From Planctomycetota bacterium (GTDB lineage Bacteria > Planctomycetota > GCA-002687715 > DRQF01): DNA of 64,000 nt. The notes under the pieces are model-generated. The model was not told the DNA's origin. It ran no database searches and worked only from the letters and a program-made list of their open reading frames with translations. Position numbers and translations under genes: made by a program. Within the stretch, counting starts at the first letter, position 1. Every line of letters starts with the position of its first letter. Positions 31,017-40,194 of this stretch are shown here, piece by piece. The stretch covers positions 159,625-223,624 of the forward strand of contig JACKGY010000003.1 of the NCBI GenBank assembly GCA_020639295.1. Direction: 5' to 3'.

Positions 31017-32126
31017 TTGCGAGAACGGAGCGGCAAGGTGTCGAAACGGGAACTCGACGAGTTGTGGCGGGAACGACGGGCGCGCCTGGACGAGGAGGGC
31101 GGTGCTCCCGCCTCCTTCGGTGATCCCGATGCCGAGGCTCGCGCCGCCCGGGCCGGTGCCGCGCTCTTCGATCACTCCGATCGCGATCTCCTCCGCATCC
31201 GCGGCGTGAAGGCCCTGGCCATGCTCCAGGGCCAGCTCACCAACGACGTCGCCCGTCTCGGACCCGGGGACGGCTGCTACGCCGCCCACCTCGATCCCAA
31301 GGGCAAGATGCTCGGCGACCTGGTCGTCGACGTCGAGGCCACCGACTCGGTCCTGCTCGAACTCGAACGCGGCCTGGGCACCGAATTCGCCCGCCGCTTC
31401 GCGCCCTTCGCCATGCTCGACGATCTCGTCATCGAGGACCTCGGTCGGCCCGCGCGGCTGATGCTGGTCGGCCCCGAGGCCGCGGCCAGCCTCGTCGGCC
31501 ATCTCGGCCGCGCCGAGCTCGCGGACCTGCCGGCGCATGCCGCGCTGGTGGTCGACTGGCAGGGTGTGCCGCTGCGTATCGGCGCCCGGGCCGAGACCGG
31601 CGAACGGGCCTACCTCGTCGCCGGCGACGACGCGACGCTCGCCCGCTTCGCGCGAGCCCTGATCGCGGGCGGCGTTCGACCGGCCGGCGGCGAGGCCTGG
31701 GAGATCCTCAGGATCGAGGCCGGCACGCCGCGCTGGGGTCGCGACATGGACGGGCGCAATCTCCCGCCCGAATGCGGCATCCCCCATGCGATCAGCTACA
31801 GCAAGGGCTGCTACGTCGGCCAGGAGACGGTCGCGCGGATCAGGACCTACGGCCAGGCGAACCGCGGCCTGCGCGGACTTCGCAGCACCGAGGCGATGCC
31901 GCCCGGGACGGAACTGGAGACCCGCGAGGGCAAGGCCGTGGGCCGGGTCACCTCGAGCGCCTGGTCGCCGCAGCTCGAGGCGCCGATCGCCCTGGGCTAC
32001 GTCCATCGCGATCAGCTCGAGGCCGGTAGCGCCCTCATCGGCCGCGCCGACGAGCGGATCTTCGAGGTCGAGGTCGCGGAGCTGCCCTTCGTGCCGCGAC
32101 GCTTCGCGCCCGAGATTCCTCGCTGA
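31017..32126 (+). CDS. ygfZ: YgfZ/GcvT-like folate-binding Fe-S cluster repair protein.
   Basis: GcvT-like N-terminal domain and the diagnostic KGCYVGQE motif. The start is uncertain (TTG at 31017 or GTG at 31038). Confidence 0.75.
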   Translation: MRERSGKVSKRELDELWRERRARLDEEGGAPASFGDPDAEARAARAGAALFDHSDRDLLRIRGVKALAMLQGQLTNDVARLGPGDGCYAAHLDPKGKMLGDLVVDVEATDSVLLELERGLGTEFARRFAPFAMLDDLVIEDLGRPARLMLVGPEAAASLVGHLGRAELADLPAHAALVVDWQGVPLRIGARAETGERAYLVAGDDATLARFARALIAGGVRPAGGEAWEILRIEAGTPRWGRDMDGRNLPPECGIPHAISYSKGCYVGQETVARIRTYGQANRGLRGLRSTEAMPPGTELETREGKAVGRVTSSAWSPQLEAPIALGYVHRDQLEAGSALIGRADERIFEVEVAELPFVPRRFAPEIPR

Positions 32127-32129
32127 GCC

Positions 32130-33374
32130 TCAGTCGGCGAGTCCCCAGCCGCCGTATTCCATGCCGAGCGACCGGGCCAACTCCTCGGCGGCGCGTGAGA
32201 GTTTGAAGACGGCGTCGAGTTTCCTCAGGGCGAGCTTGCTCTCGAGGCTCACGCGATGCCAACCGTCCTCGTTCTCGGGCTCCTTGATGGAGGCGCCCTC
32301 GAAGCCCGCCTCCTTCGCGGCGGCGGCCGCGGTCTGCGCGGCCTTGCCGTTGCGGGTCCAGAGGTCGTGGCGGACCGCGACGGCCTTGGTCGGGATCTCG
32401 CGTTGCAGACGGATGCGGGCCAGGGTCTGGAGGTCTTCCGATTCGCGCAGCGCCTCGTGGAAGTCGTCGAAGTTCTTCTGCAGCTCCTTGGCGTCGAGCT
32501 TCAGTTCCTTGCCCGCGGGGAGCTTGGCCAGCTTGCCGGCGATCAGTTCGTTGCTGGTGCCGAGGATGTCGAAGTGGTCGGCGCCGGCCACGAGGCAGAA
32601 GCGCAGGGCCGGGTTGGTGGTGGCGGCCTGCATCGCCTTCAGGGACTCGGCCGTATCGCGTTCCGTTCCGCAGATCACCCAGGTCGGCGACTTGACGGCG
32701 GCGAGGTAGCGGATCGGCGCGCGCAGCCGGCGCTCGTTCGAGTTGCTCTGGTCGTAGGCGATGGACTTGTCACCGTAGTTCGAGGGGTCGTCGGCCGCGC
32801 CGAAGGCGAAGATTCCGGCGAAACCGTCGGAAGCCGTGGCGACGAGGAGCGCCAGCGTACCGCCGGTGCTGTGTCCGCCCAGATAGATGCGGTCCGGATC
32901 GACTTCCGGACGCTGCTTCAGGTAGGCCAGCGCGGACAGGACGTCGTCGACCTCGCCGAAGTAGCTCTCCTGACAACCCGGATTGGCGAAGCTCCCGCGC
33001 AGTGTCGGGTACATCATGATCAGGCCGGCCTGGCGGTAGGCGGCGGCCCCCTGGTCGTTCTCGGGATCCTGGGGCAGCCAGGCGCAATCCTCGATGCCAC
33101 CGAGGGGGAAGCCACCGATCAGCCAGATGATCGCCGGCGACTTCTTCGCCCCCGGCTCGGGCCTCGAGATCAGGGCCTTCATCTTGCCGATCGAGGTCTC
33201 GTAGCGAACCAGATCGAACAGCGAGGCCGGGAACTCGGGGACCTCGTCCGGTTTCGAGATTCGCCGCTCCAACTTGGTGGTGAAACCGCGCCGGGCGGTG
33301 AGGAGGTCGCCTCCGTCCTGGGCTCCGAGCGGTGAGAGAAGCAGGAGAGTGACGAAGATGCTGCGGAGCGACAT
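32130..33374 (-). CDS. Secreted alpha/beta-hydrolase (S9/dienelactone-hydrolase-like) with an extra C-terminal domain.
   Basis: Signal peptide MSLRSIFVTLLLLSPLGAQ, nucleophile elbow GGHSTGG, and GADHFD (His). The roughly 110-aa C-terminal domain has unclear affinity. Confidence 0.7.
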   Translation of the reverse strand: MSLRSIFVTLLLLSPLGAQDGGDLLTARRGFTTKLERRISKPDEVPEFPASLFDLVRYETSIGKMKALISRPEPGAKKSPAIIWLIGGFPLGGIEDCAWLPQDPENDQGAAAYRQAGLIMMYPTLRGSFANPGCQESYFGEVDDVLSALAYLKQRPEVDPDRIYLGGHSTGGTLALLVATASDGFAGIFAFGAADDPSNYGDKSIAYDQSNSNERRLRAPIRYLAAVKSPTWVICGTERDTAESLKAMQAATTNPALRFCLVAGADHFDILGTSNELIAGKLAKLPAGKELKLDAKELQKNFDDFHEALRESEDLQTLARIRLQREIPTKAVAVRHDLWTRNGKAAQTAAAAAKEAGFEGASIKEPENEDGWHRVSLESKLALRKLDAVFKLSRAAEELARSLGMEYGGWGLAD

Positions 33375-33488
33375 GCCGGTTCCTTACTTGCGATGGCCTG
33401 ATCGAATCAGCATGTTCCTGAATGCCGGGGACCGGTCAAGCCCCTTCCGGTGATCGGCGAGCTGCTATGATCCGGGCGGAGAAGAACC

Positions 33489-33917
33489 ATGACCGACATC
33501 GGCCTGACCCACGTCGCCCTGCCGATCCGTGACGCCGAGCGGAGCATCTCGTTCTGGTCGCGCTACGCGGGCATGCAGGTCGTTCATCGGCGCCACGGCG
33601 AGAGCGAGGACCGCGAGGTGGTCTGGCTCTCGGATCGGACGCGGCCCTTCGTCATCGTCCTGATCGAGGCCGACGAGGTCGACGTCGTCCTCGCGCCGAT
33701 CGCCCATCTCGGCGTCGGCTGTCCCACCCGGGAGGACGTCGACCGCCTGGCGGCGCTGGCGGGGGCGAGCGGCTGCCTCGTGCGTGGCCCGGAGGACTCC
33801 GGCTATCCGGTCGGCTACTGGGCCTTCCTGCGCGATCCGGACGGACACATCCTGGAACTCTCGCACGGTCAGGAGGTGGGCCTCGCCGTTGCCGATCCGG
33901 GGCAGGGGATCGATTGA
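33489..33917 (+). CDS. VOC/glyoxalase-family protein.
   Basis: 142 aa. LTHVALPIRDAERSISFW...FLRDPDGHILEL is typical of glyoxalase/bleomycin-resistance folds. Confidence 0.8.
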   Translation: MTDIGLTHVALPIRDAERSISFWSRYAGMQVVHRRHGESEDREVVWLSDRTRPFVIVLIEADEVDVVLAPIAHLGVGCPTREDVDRLAALAGASGCLVRGPEDSGYPVGYWAFLRDPDGHILELSHGQEVGLAVADPGQGID

Positions 33918-33924
33918 GGCGGCG

Positions 33925-34641
33925 ATGATCCGACTGATCCTGAGCTGTGAACACGGTGGCAACGACGTCCCCGACGAATGGCTGCCCAGGCGTCGTTGCG
34001 ACGACCTCGTCCTGACCAGCCACCGCGGCCTCGACCTCGGCGCCCTGGAGCTGGCTCGCGAGCTCGCCCAGGCCTGCGCCGCGCCCCTCGTCTTCGCTAC
34101 CGTCACCCGCCTGCTCATCGATCTCAACCGCGAGCAGGGCAGCCGGACGATGTTCTCGCCCGAGGCCTTCGAACTCGACGAGGACGATCGCCAGCTGCTG
34201 ATCGAGCGTTACTGGCGCCCTCATCACGAGCAGGTCGAGTCGCTCCTGCGGCAGGCCCTCGACGCGGGCGACCGCGTCCTCTACCTGTCGGTCCACAGCT
34301 TCACGCCGGTCTTCGACGGCCGGGAACGCAAGGTCGACCTCGGTCTCCTGATCGATCCTGGGCGCGCGATCGACGCCGAGCTGGCCCGCCACTTCGCCAC
34401 CGAGTTCGAGCGCCGGCGACCCGGCCTCGCGATCGCAATGAACGAGCCCTACTCCGGACTGGAAGAGGGGCTCGACCGGGCGATGCGCGCGCGCTTCGGC
34501 GATCGCGACTGCATGATCCTCACCCTCGAATTGAACCAGCGCTTCCCGCAGGGCGATGGCGCGGCCTGGCGCGCGCTGCGCCAGGCGATCACGGCGACGG
34601 TCCGCCAGCTGCTCGAGGACCCGGAACTTCAGCGGAGCTGA
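33925..34641 (+). CDS. N-formylglutamate amidohydrolase (FGase/HutG-like) family amidohydrolase.
   Basis: 238 aa from the ATG at 33925. LSCEHGGNDVP, TRLLIDLNR, SVHSFTP and NEPYSG resemble PF05013-type proteins. Its 3' end overlaps the convergent GCS2 gene by 13 nt. Confidence 0.7.
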   Translation: MIRLILSCEHGGNDVPDEWLPRRRCDDLVLTSHRGLDLGALELARELAQACAAPLVFATVTRLLIDLNREQGSRTMFSPEAFELDEDDRQLLIERYWRPHHEQVESLLRQALDAGDRVLYLSVHSFTPVFDGRERKVDLGLLIDPGRAIDAELARHFATEFERRRPGLAIAMNEPYSGLEEGLDRAMRARFGDRDCMILTLELNQRFPQGDGAAWRALRQAITATVRQLLEDPELQRS

Positions 34642-35864
34642 CGGTTCTCGACCAGGCAGCTCGACAGCTCGCGGCAGAGACCGACCAGATCCTCGTGCGT
34701 GGGGTCGGCGCCGACCCGTTTCAGGATGCGGCGGGCCAGAGGCCCCTCGTCGGTCATCACCCGCATCGCCTCGGCGACCTCGGTGTCGACGTCCGGAGCC
34801 AGCTCGGCGCGTAGCACTCGCCAGAGCTCACCGGCGGTCATCGGTCCACGCTCCCGCTGGCCGAATAGCGCCAGGAAGTCGAGGTTCTCGATCAGCGCCC
34901 GGTCGCCGTCCTTGACCACGGCGTCGAAGACGTCGGCCAGCGGGTCGACCGGCCAGGACTTCTGCTGGTCGAGGGTCGACCAGCGCTCCTCGACCAGCGC
35001 CCGGACCAGGTGGATGACCAGGGCGCACATCGCATGGTCGGCGGTCGGGCACTCCTGCGAGTCGAGGATGCGGATCTCGATCGCCATGCGGTCGAAGCGG
35101 GCGATGGCGCCGCGCGCGTTCAGCCACTCCTCCTGCAGGATGCCCTCCGGGTCGTGCTTCGCGATGTCGCGGTAGATCCTCTGGAGGAGATCCTTCTGGT
35201 AGGAATCGTGGTCGAAGACCTGTTCCGGCACGACGCGGCCGCTGACGCTGGGCACCGCCCGGGCATTGCTCCGGTAGACGGCGAGCCGCTGGTCGAGATG
35301 GGGCGCGATCTTGCCGTCCATGATGGGCGTGCTCGCCGACAGGGCGGGCAGGATCGGCAAGGCGACCCGGATCGCCGCGTGCAGGCGACCGAATTCCTCG
35401 TCGTCGGCGAAGGGCAGGTTGATGTGGACCGACTGCAGGTTCGACCAGCCGTGGCCCTTGCAGGAGAAGATGCGATCGAAGGCCTCGTAGACCGGGCTGT
35501 AGTCGTGCGGCCAGAGCGTGGTCTCGAGCAGCGGATCCATGAAGGGATGGGTGCCGCTCGGCATCAACCGCGCGCCATGCTCGGCGAGGATGCCGTCGAT
35601 CCGGCGCAGGTCCGCGTGCAGGGCGGCGCTCAGGCCGCGCAGCAGTGGGCGCGGGCCGTTGGTCTTGAGCTCGATCACGTGCAGGACCAGCTCGTTCGAC
35701 CAGGCCAGCTCCTCGAACTCGACGTCGCCGACGTAGGTGCCGGCGATCGCCTTCAGCACCTGATCGCAGAGCGGCCGGATCGCGAAGGTCTCGGCGTCGA
35801 CGATCATGTACTCGACCTCGATGCCGTAGGCCTGGAACAGGTGCAGGTTGACGTCGTCGCTCAT
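34629..35864 (-). CDS. Carboxylate-amine ligase, glutamate-cysteine ligase family 2 (GCS2/YbdK-like).
   Basis: 411 aa. GIEVEYMIVD, HVIELKT, SVHINLPF and AIEIRILD are characteristic of the GCS2 fold. Confidence 0.72.
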   Translation of the reverse strand: MSDDVNLHLFQAYGIEVEYMIVDAETFAIRPLCDQVLKAIAGTYVGDVEFEELAWSNELVLHVIELKTNGPRPLLRGLSAALHADLRRIDGILAEHGARLMPSGTHPFMDPLLETTLWPHDYSPVYEAFDRIFSCKGHGWSNLQSVHINLPFADDEEFGRLHAAIRVALPILPALSASTPIMDGKIAPHLDQRLAVYRSNARAVPSVSGRVVPEQVFDHDSYQKDLLQRIYRDIAKHDPEGILQEEWLNARGAIARFDRMAIEIRILDSQECPTADHAMCALVIHLVRALVEERWSTLDQQKSWPVDPLADVFDAVVKDGDRALIENLDFLALFGQRERGPMTAGELWRVLRAELAPDVDTEVAEAMRVMTDEGPLARRILKRVGADPTHEDLVGLCRELSSCLVENRQLR

Positions 35865-37327
35865 CGCGTCTTTCCGGCCTTCTTGGCCTCGATCCTCTTC
35901 AGGAACACCTGGGCCAGCCGCTCGTGCAGCTCCATGCCGAGGATCTCGTCCTCGAGCCCGGCGTCGATGTTCGGGTTGTCGTTCACTTCCATCACCACGA
36001 TGCGCTTGCCCGACTCCTTGATGTCGACCCCGTAGAGGCCGCTGCCGATGGCATTCGCGGCCTTGAGGGCGGTCCGGACCACGCGCGGCGGGGCGTCGGC
36101 CACGGCCAGGGTGTCGACCATGCCGTAGCGATCGTCGCCCTTGCCCCCCGCGTTGATGATCTGCCAGTGACCGGGCGCCATGTGGTAGCGGCAGACCCAG
36201 AGCGGCTGGCGGTCGAGCACGCCGACCCGCCAGTCGAAGTCGGTGGGCATGAACTCCTGGGCGACGAAGAGGTCGGACTCCTGGAGGATCGTCATCGCCT
36301 TGGCGCGCAGCTCCTCCTCGTCGCGGGCCTTGAGCACGCCCTGCGAGAAGGCGCTGTCCGGCGACTTGAGGACGCAGGGCAGGCCGATCTGGTTGATGAT
36401 CTCGTCCAGGTTCTCACGGTGCCCGACCAGGGTCTGCGGGGTCGGGATCTTCAGCCTCTGCATCAGCTCGGCCAGGTAGACCTTGTTGGTGCAGCGGATG
36501 ATGGACTGCGGGTCGTCGATGACCACGAGGCCCTCGGCCTCGGCGCGTTGCGCGAAGCGATAGGTGTGATGGTTGACCTGGGTCGTCTCGCGGATGTAGA
36601 GGGCGTCGTACTCGGGCAGGCTCGAGTAGTCGTCCTTGGTGATCCGGAACACCCGGATGTCGACCTCGTCGCAGGCCTTGATGAAGCGCTTGAGCGCCTT
36701 CTCGTTGGAGGGTGCGTGGGTGTCGTCGGGCTTGACCAGGAGGGCCAGGTCGAAGCGCGAGGGCTGGGTCTTCCGGCCCCGGGGCCGCCGCGCCGAGAAG
36801 TACTCGCGGGCCGCCTCGATCACGAAGGGACGATGGCCATCGGGGATCTTGCGGGCCGAAAGCGGCGCGATGCCGGTCAGGTGCCATTTGTCGCTACGCG
36901 CGAAGGTCGCCCTGAGGAGCGGCACGTGGAACTGGGCGAAGAGCCGGCGCGACAACGGGTCGTAGCGCCGGGCCAGGTTGCGGCCGAAGTAGATCGACAG
37001 CTCGAACTTGTCCGACTTCAGCCGCGCGAGCGAGCGCTGGATCGTGTCTTCGAGGTCCTCGTCGACGATGCCGAGGATCGTGCGCGAACGCATGTCCAGG
37101 ATGGTCTGCAGCGACGGCGTCGGGGTGTGGCCGCGCGCGACCGCCAGCAGCGAGACGTAGTAGCCGTTGCCCTGGTAGCGGTAGGAGCGGCAGAGGTTGA
37201 AGATCTTGAGGTTGCGCGCCGCGCTCCAACGGGCCTCGGTCAGGTACTCCTTCGCCGCCACGACCTCGAGGCCGGGAAGCTCGAGAGGCCAGAGGCGGGG
37301 ATCGTCGACGATGAGAATGCTGGCCAC
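35861..37327 (-). CDS. RimK-like ATP-grasp ligase with a roughly 200-aa N-terminal extension.
   Basis: 488 aa. ATP-grasp blocks GLPCVLKSPDSAFSQGV, VAQEFMPTDFDWRVGVL and GLYGVDIKESGKRIVVMEVNDNPNID. ATGA overlap with the GCS2 start (35861-35864). Confidence 0.82.
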   Translation of the reverse strand: MASILIVDDPRLWPLELPGLEVVAAKEYLTEARWSAARNLKIFNLCRSYRYQGNGYYVSLLAVARGHTPTPSLQTILDMRSRTILGIVDEDLEDTIQRSLARLKSDKFELSIYFGRNLARRYDPLSRRLFAQFHVPLLRATFARSDKWHLTGIAPLSARKIPDGHRPFVIEAAREYFSARRPRGRKTQPSRFDLALLVKPDDTHAPSNEKALKRFIKACDEVDIRVFRITKDDYSSLPEYDALYIRETTQVNHHTYRFAQRAEAEGLVVIDDPQSIIRCTNKVYLAELMQRLKIPTPQTLVGHRENLDEIINQIGLPCVLKSPDSAFSQGVLKARDEEELRAKAMTILQESDLFVAQEFMPTDFDWRVGVLDRQPLWVCRYHMAPGHWQIINAGGKGDDRYGMVDTLAVADAPPRVVRTALKAANAIGSGLYGVDIKESGKRIVVMEVNDNPNIDAGLEDEILGMELHERLAQVFLKRIEAKKAGKTR

Positions 37328-37418
37328 GGGTCAGTCCTTTCCACGTCCGGCCGGGACATGGAGGATCCGATTCGTCCGTGGGCGACGACTGGGAGGCTCC
37401 CCGCCAGCCAAGGGTCCG

Positions 37419-38117
37419 TCAACTGGGCTCGATGATGATGAGGTTGCCATCGTAGGTGATGACGCCGAGCAGGATGGCGCCGAGAACTCTTTCGATGCCG
37501 ATCTCGTAGTGGAGGGTCGGCGAATGTGGATTGGCGCTCCAGGGATCGGCAATCTCGACCCGGCCGCTCAGGCTGTCATAGCCGCAGAGGGTGACGAAAT
37601 GACCGGTCGGCGCGCCGCCGATCGGGTCGGACTTGTTGGTTTGCGGGTCGTCGCGGGCCTCGTCGTAGAGGTAGGTCGCGCTCAGTCCGGTGAGGATGGG
37701 CAGACCGCGTTCCAGGTAGCGGCGCAGCAGCGAGGGCCTGAGTTCCTCCCAGGCCACCTTGCCGCCCAACTCCAGGTAGCGCAGGTAGGCGGGGATCGCC
37801 GCCCGCAGCCGCGGCCGGGTCAGGGCCGTCATCCGGGCCCGGAGGTTCTCGGCCAGGGGCGCGGCATCGAGGCGAAACCAGGTCGGATCGAAGACCTTGA
37901 GGTTGTAGGGGTGCATCGTGACCCGGTAGCCGCGCTCGAGGGCGTGGCAGCCGAGGAGGACGCCGAGCGTGCCCCCGGTCGCGAGCTGGGGGACCTCCGC
38001 GATCACCTCGGGCAAGGGGACCGGGTCGTCGAAGAAACGATAGACGGCGGCGAGACAGGTCGGCCCACAGGTGACGTCGTCAGGCTGCGGGATCATCTCG
38101 AGTTCGATCTGGTTCAT
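37419..38117 (-). CDS. Papain-fold cysteine peptidase, C39-like/BtrH-like.
   Basis: 232 aa from the ATG at 38117. QPDDVTCGPTCLAAVY is the Gln...Cys catalytic motif, GHFVTLCGYD provides the His, and ADPW follows. There is no ABC transporter fusion and no signal peptide. Confidence 0.62.
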   Translation of the reverse strand: MNQIELEMIPQPDDVTCGPTCLAAVYRFFDDPVPLPEVIAEVPQLATGGTLGVLLGCHALERGYRVTMHPYNLKVFDPTWFRLDAAPLAENLRARMTALTRPRLRAAIPAYLRYLELGGKVAWEELRPSLLRRYLERGLPILTGLSATYLYDEARDDPQTNKSDPIGGAPTGHFVTLCGYDSLSGRVEIADPWSANPHSPTLHYEIGIERVLGAILLGVITYDGNLIIIEPS

Positions 38118-38281
38118 GGCGCGCGCTACCCGCCGGGAAACCGACACCGATTGACGATAGCCGGGCGGAGCGCCACGGCAAGGCCCGGACGGCGCTTCGG
38201 TGCCGGCGGGTGGGGGCAAAAGGAGCGCGGAAGGACCGGCGCCGGGAGGAAGCAGGGCATCCTCCCGGATGCTCGGCAGGG

Positions 38282-39508
<1,227 letters not shown>

Positions 39509-39740
39509 CACGGCAACTCCTCTGGGGCCGGTCCGGGTTCGGGGACCGTGCTCTTCACGTCGGCATGCTAACACCCGGGACCACCGCGGTCAGTTTTTGC
39601 CGGCTCCTGGAAGTCATTTTGTGAACGTCTTTTAGGCCCGCTCGACTCGCCTGCGACGAGCTGTCCGGGCGCTGACCTTGGCGGCGGGAAAGGAGAAATT
39701 CTCGAAAGTCCGCTTGTCATCGGGCTCGATGTCTGGATAA

Positions 39741-39772
39741 CTACGACAGCTTTCGTACTACGACCGTCGTAG
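39741..39772 (+). promoter_or_regulatory. Candidate BlaI-type operator: two adjacent inverted repeats built on CTACGA/TCGTAG half-sites.
   Basis: CTACGAcagcttTCGTAc at 39741-39758, and the perfect palindrome CTACGACcGTCGTAG at 39758-39772, which ends 12 nt before the blaI-like ATG. Confidence 0.5.
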
Positions 39773-39783
39773 AAAGGGCAGAG

Positions 39784-40194
39784 ATGACGAGAGAGAACTC
39801 ACGAACCCCGACCGAGGCGGAACTCCGGATCCTCAAGGTCCTCTGGCGCAAGGGGCCGGCCACCGCGCGCGGGGTCCTCGAGATCCTCGAGGACCAGGCT
39901 GGCGGCAAGGTCGGCTACACCACCGTGCTGAAGATGCTCCAGATCATGGAGAAGAAGGAGCTGGTGAGCGTCGACCGCTCCGAGCGCTCGCACGTCTACA
40001 GCCCGCGCGTCGCCGAGACCCCGACCCTGCGGCAGGCGGTCAGCGAGTTCGTCGACCGGACCTTCGGCGGCGACCCCGCCGGGCTCCTGGTCCATCTGGT
40101 GCGTGACGGCAGGCTCGACGAGCGTTCCCTGGAGGAGCTGGAGCGGAGCATCGAGTTGCTGCGCCGCAGCGAGGAAGAGCAGGAGGATCGATGA
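39784..40194 (+). CDS. BlaI/MecI/CopY-family transcriptional repressor.
   Basis: 136 aa. Winged-helix N-terminus (EAELRILKVLWRKGPATARGVLE..YTTVLKMLQIMEKKELV). Its stop overlaps the next ATG. Confidence 0.88.
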   Translation: MTRENSRTPTEAELRILKVLWRKGPATARGVLEILEDQAGGKVGYTTVLKMLQIMEKKELVSVDRSERSHVYSPRVAETPTLRQAVSEFVDRTFGGDPAGLLVHLVRDGRLDERSLEELERSIELLRRSEEEQEDR

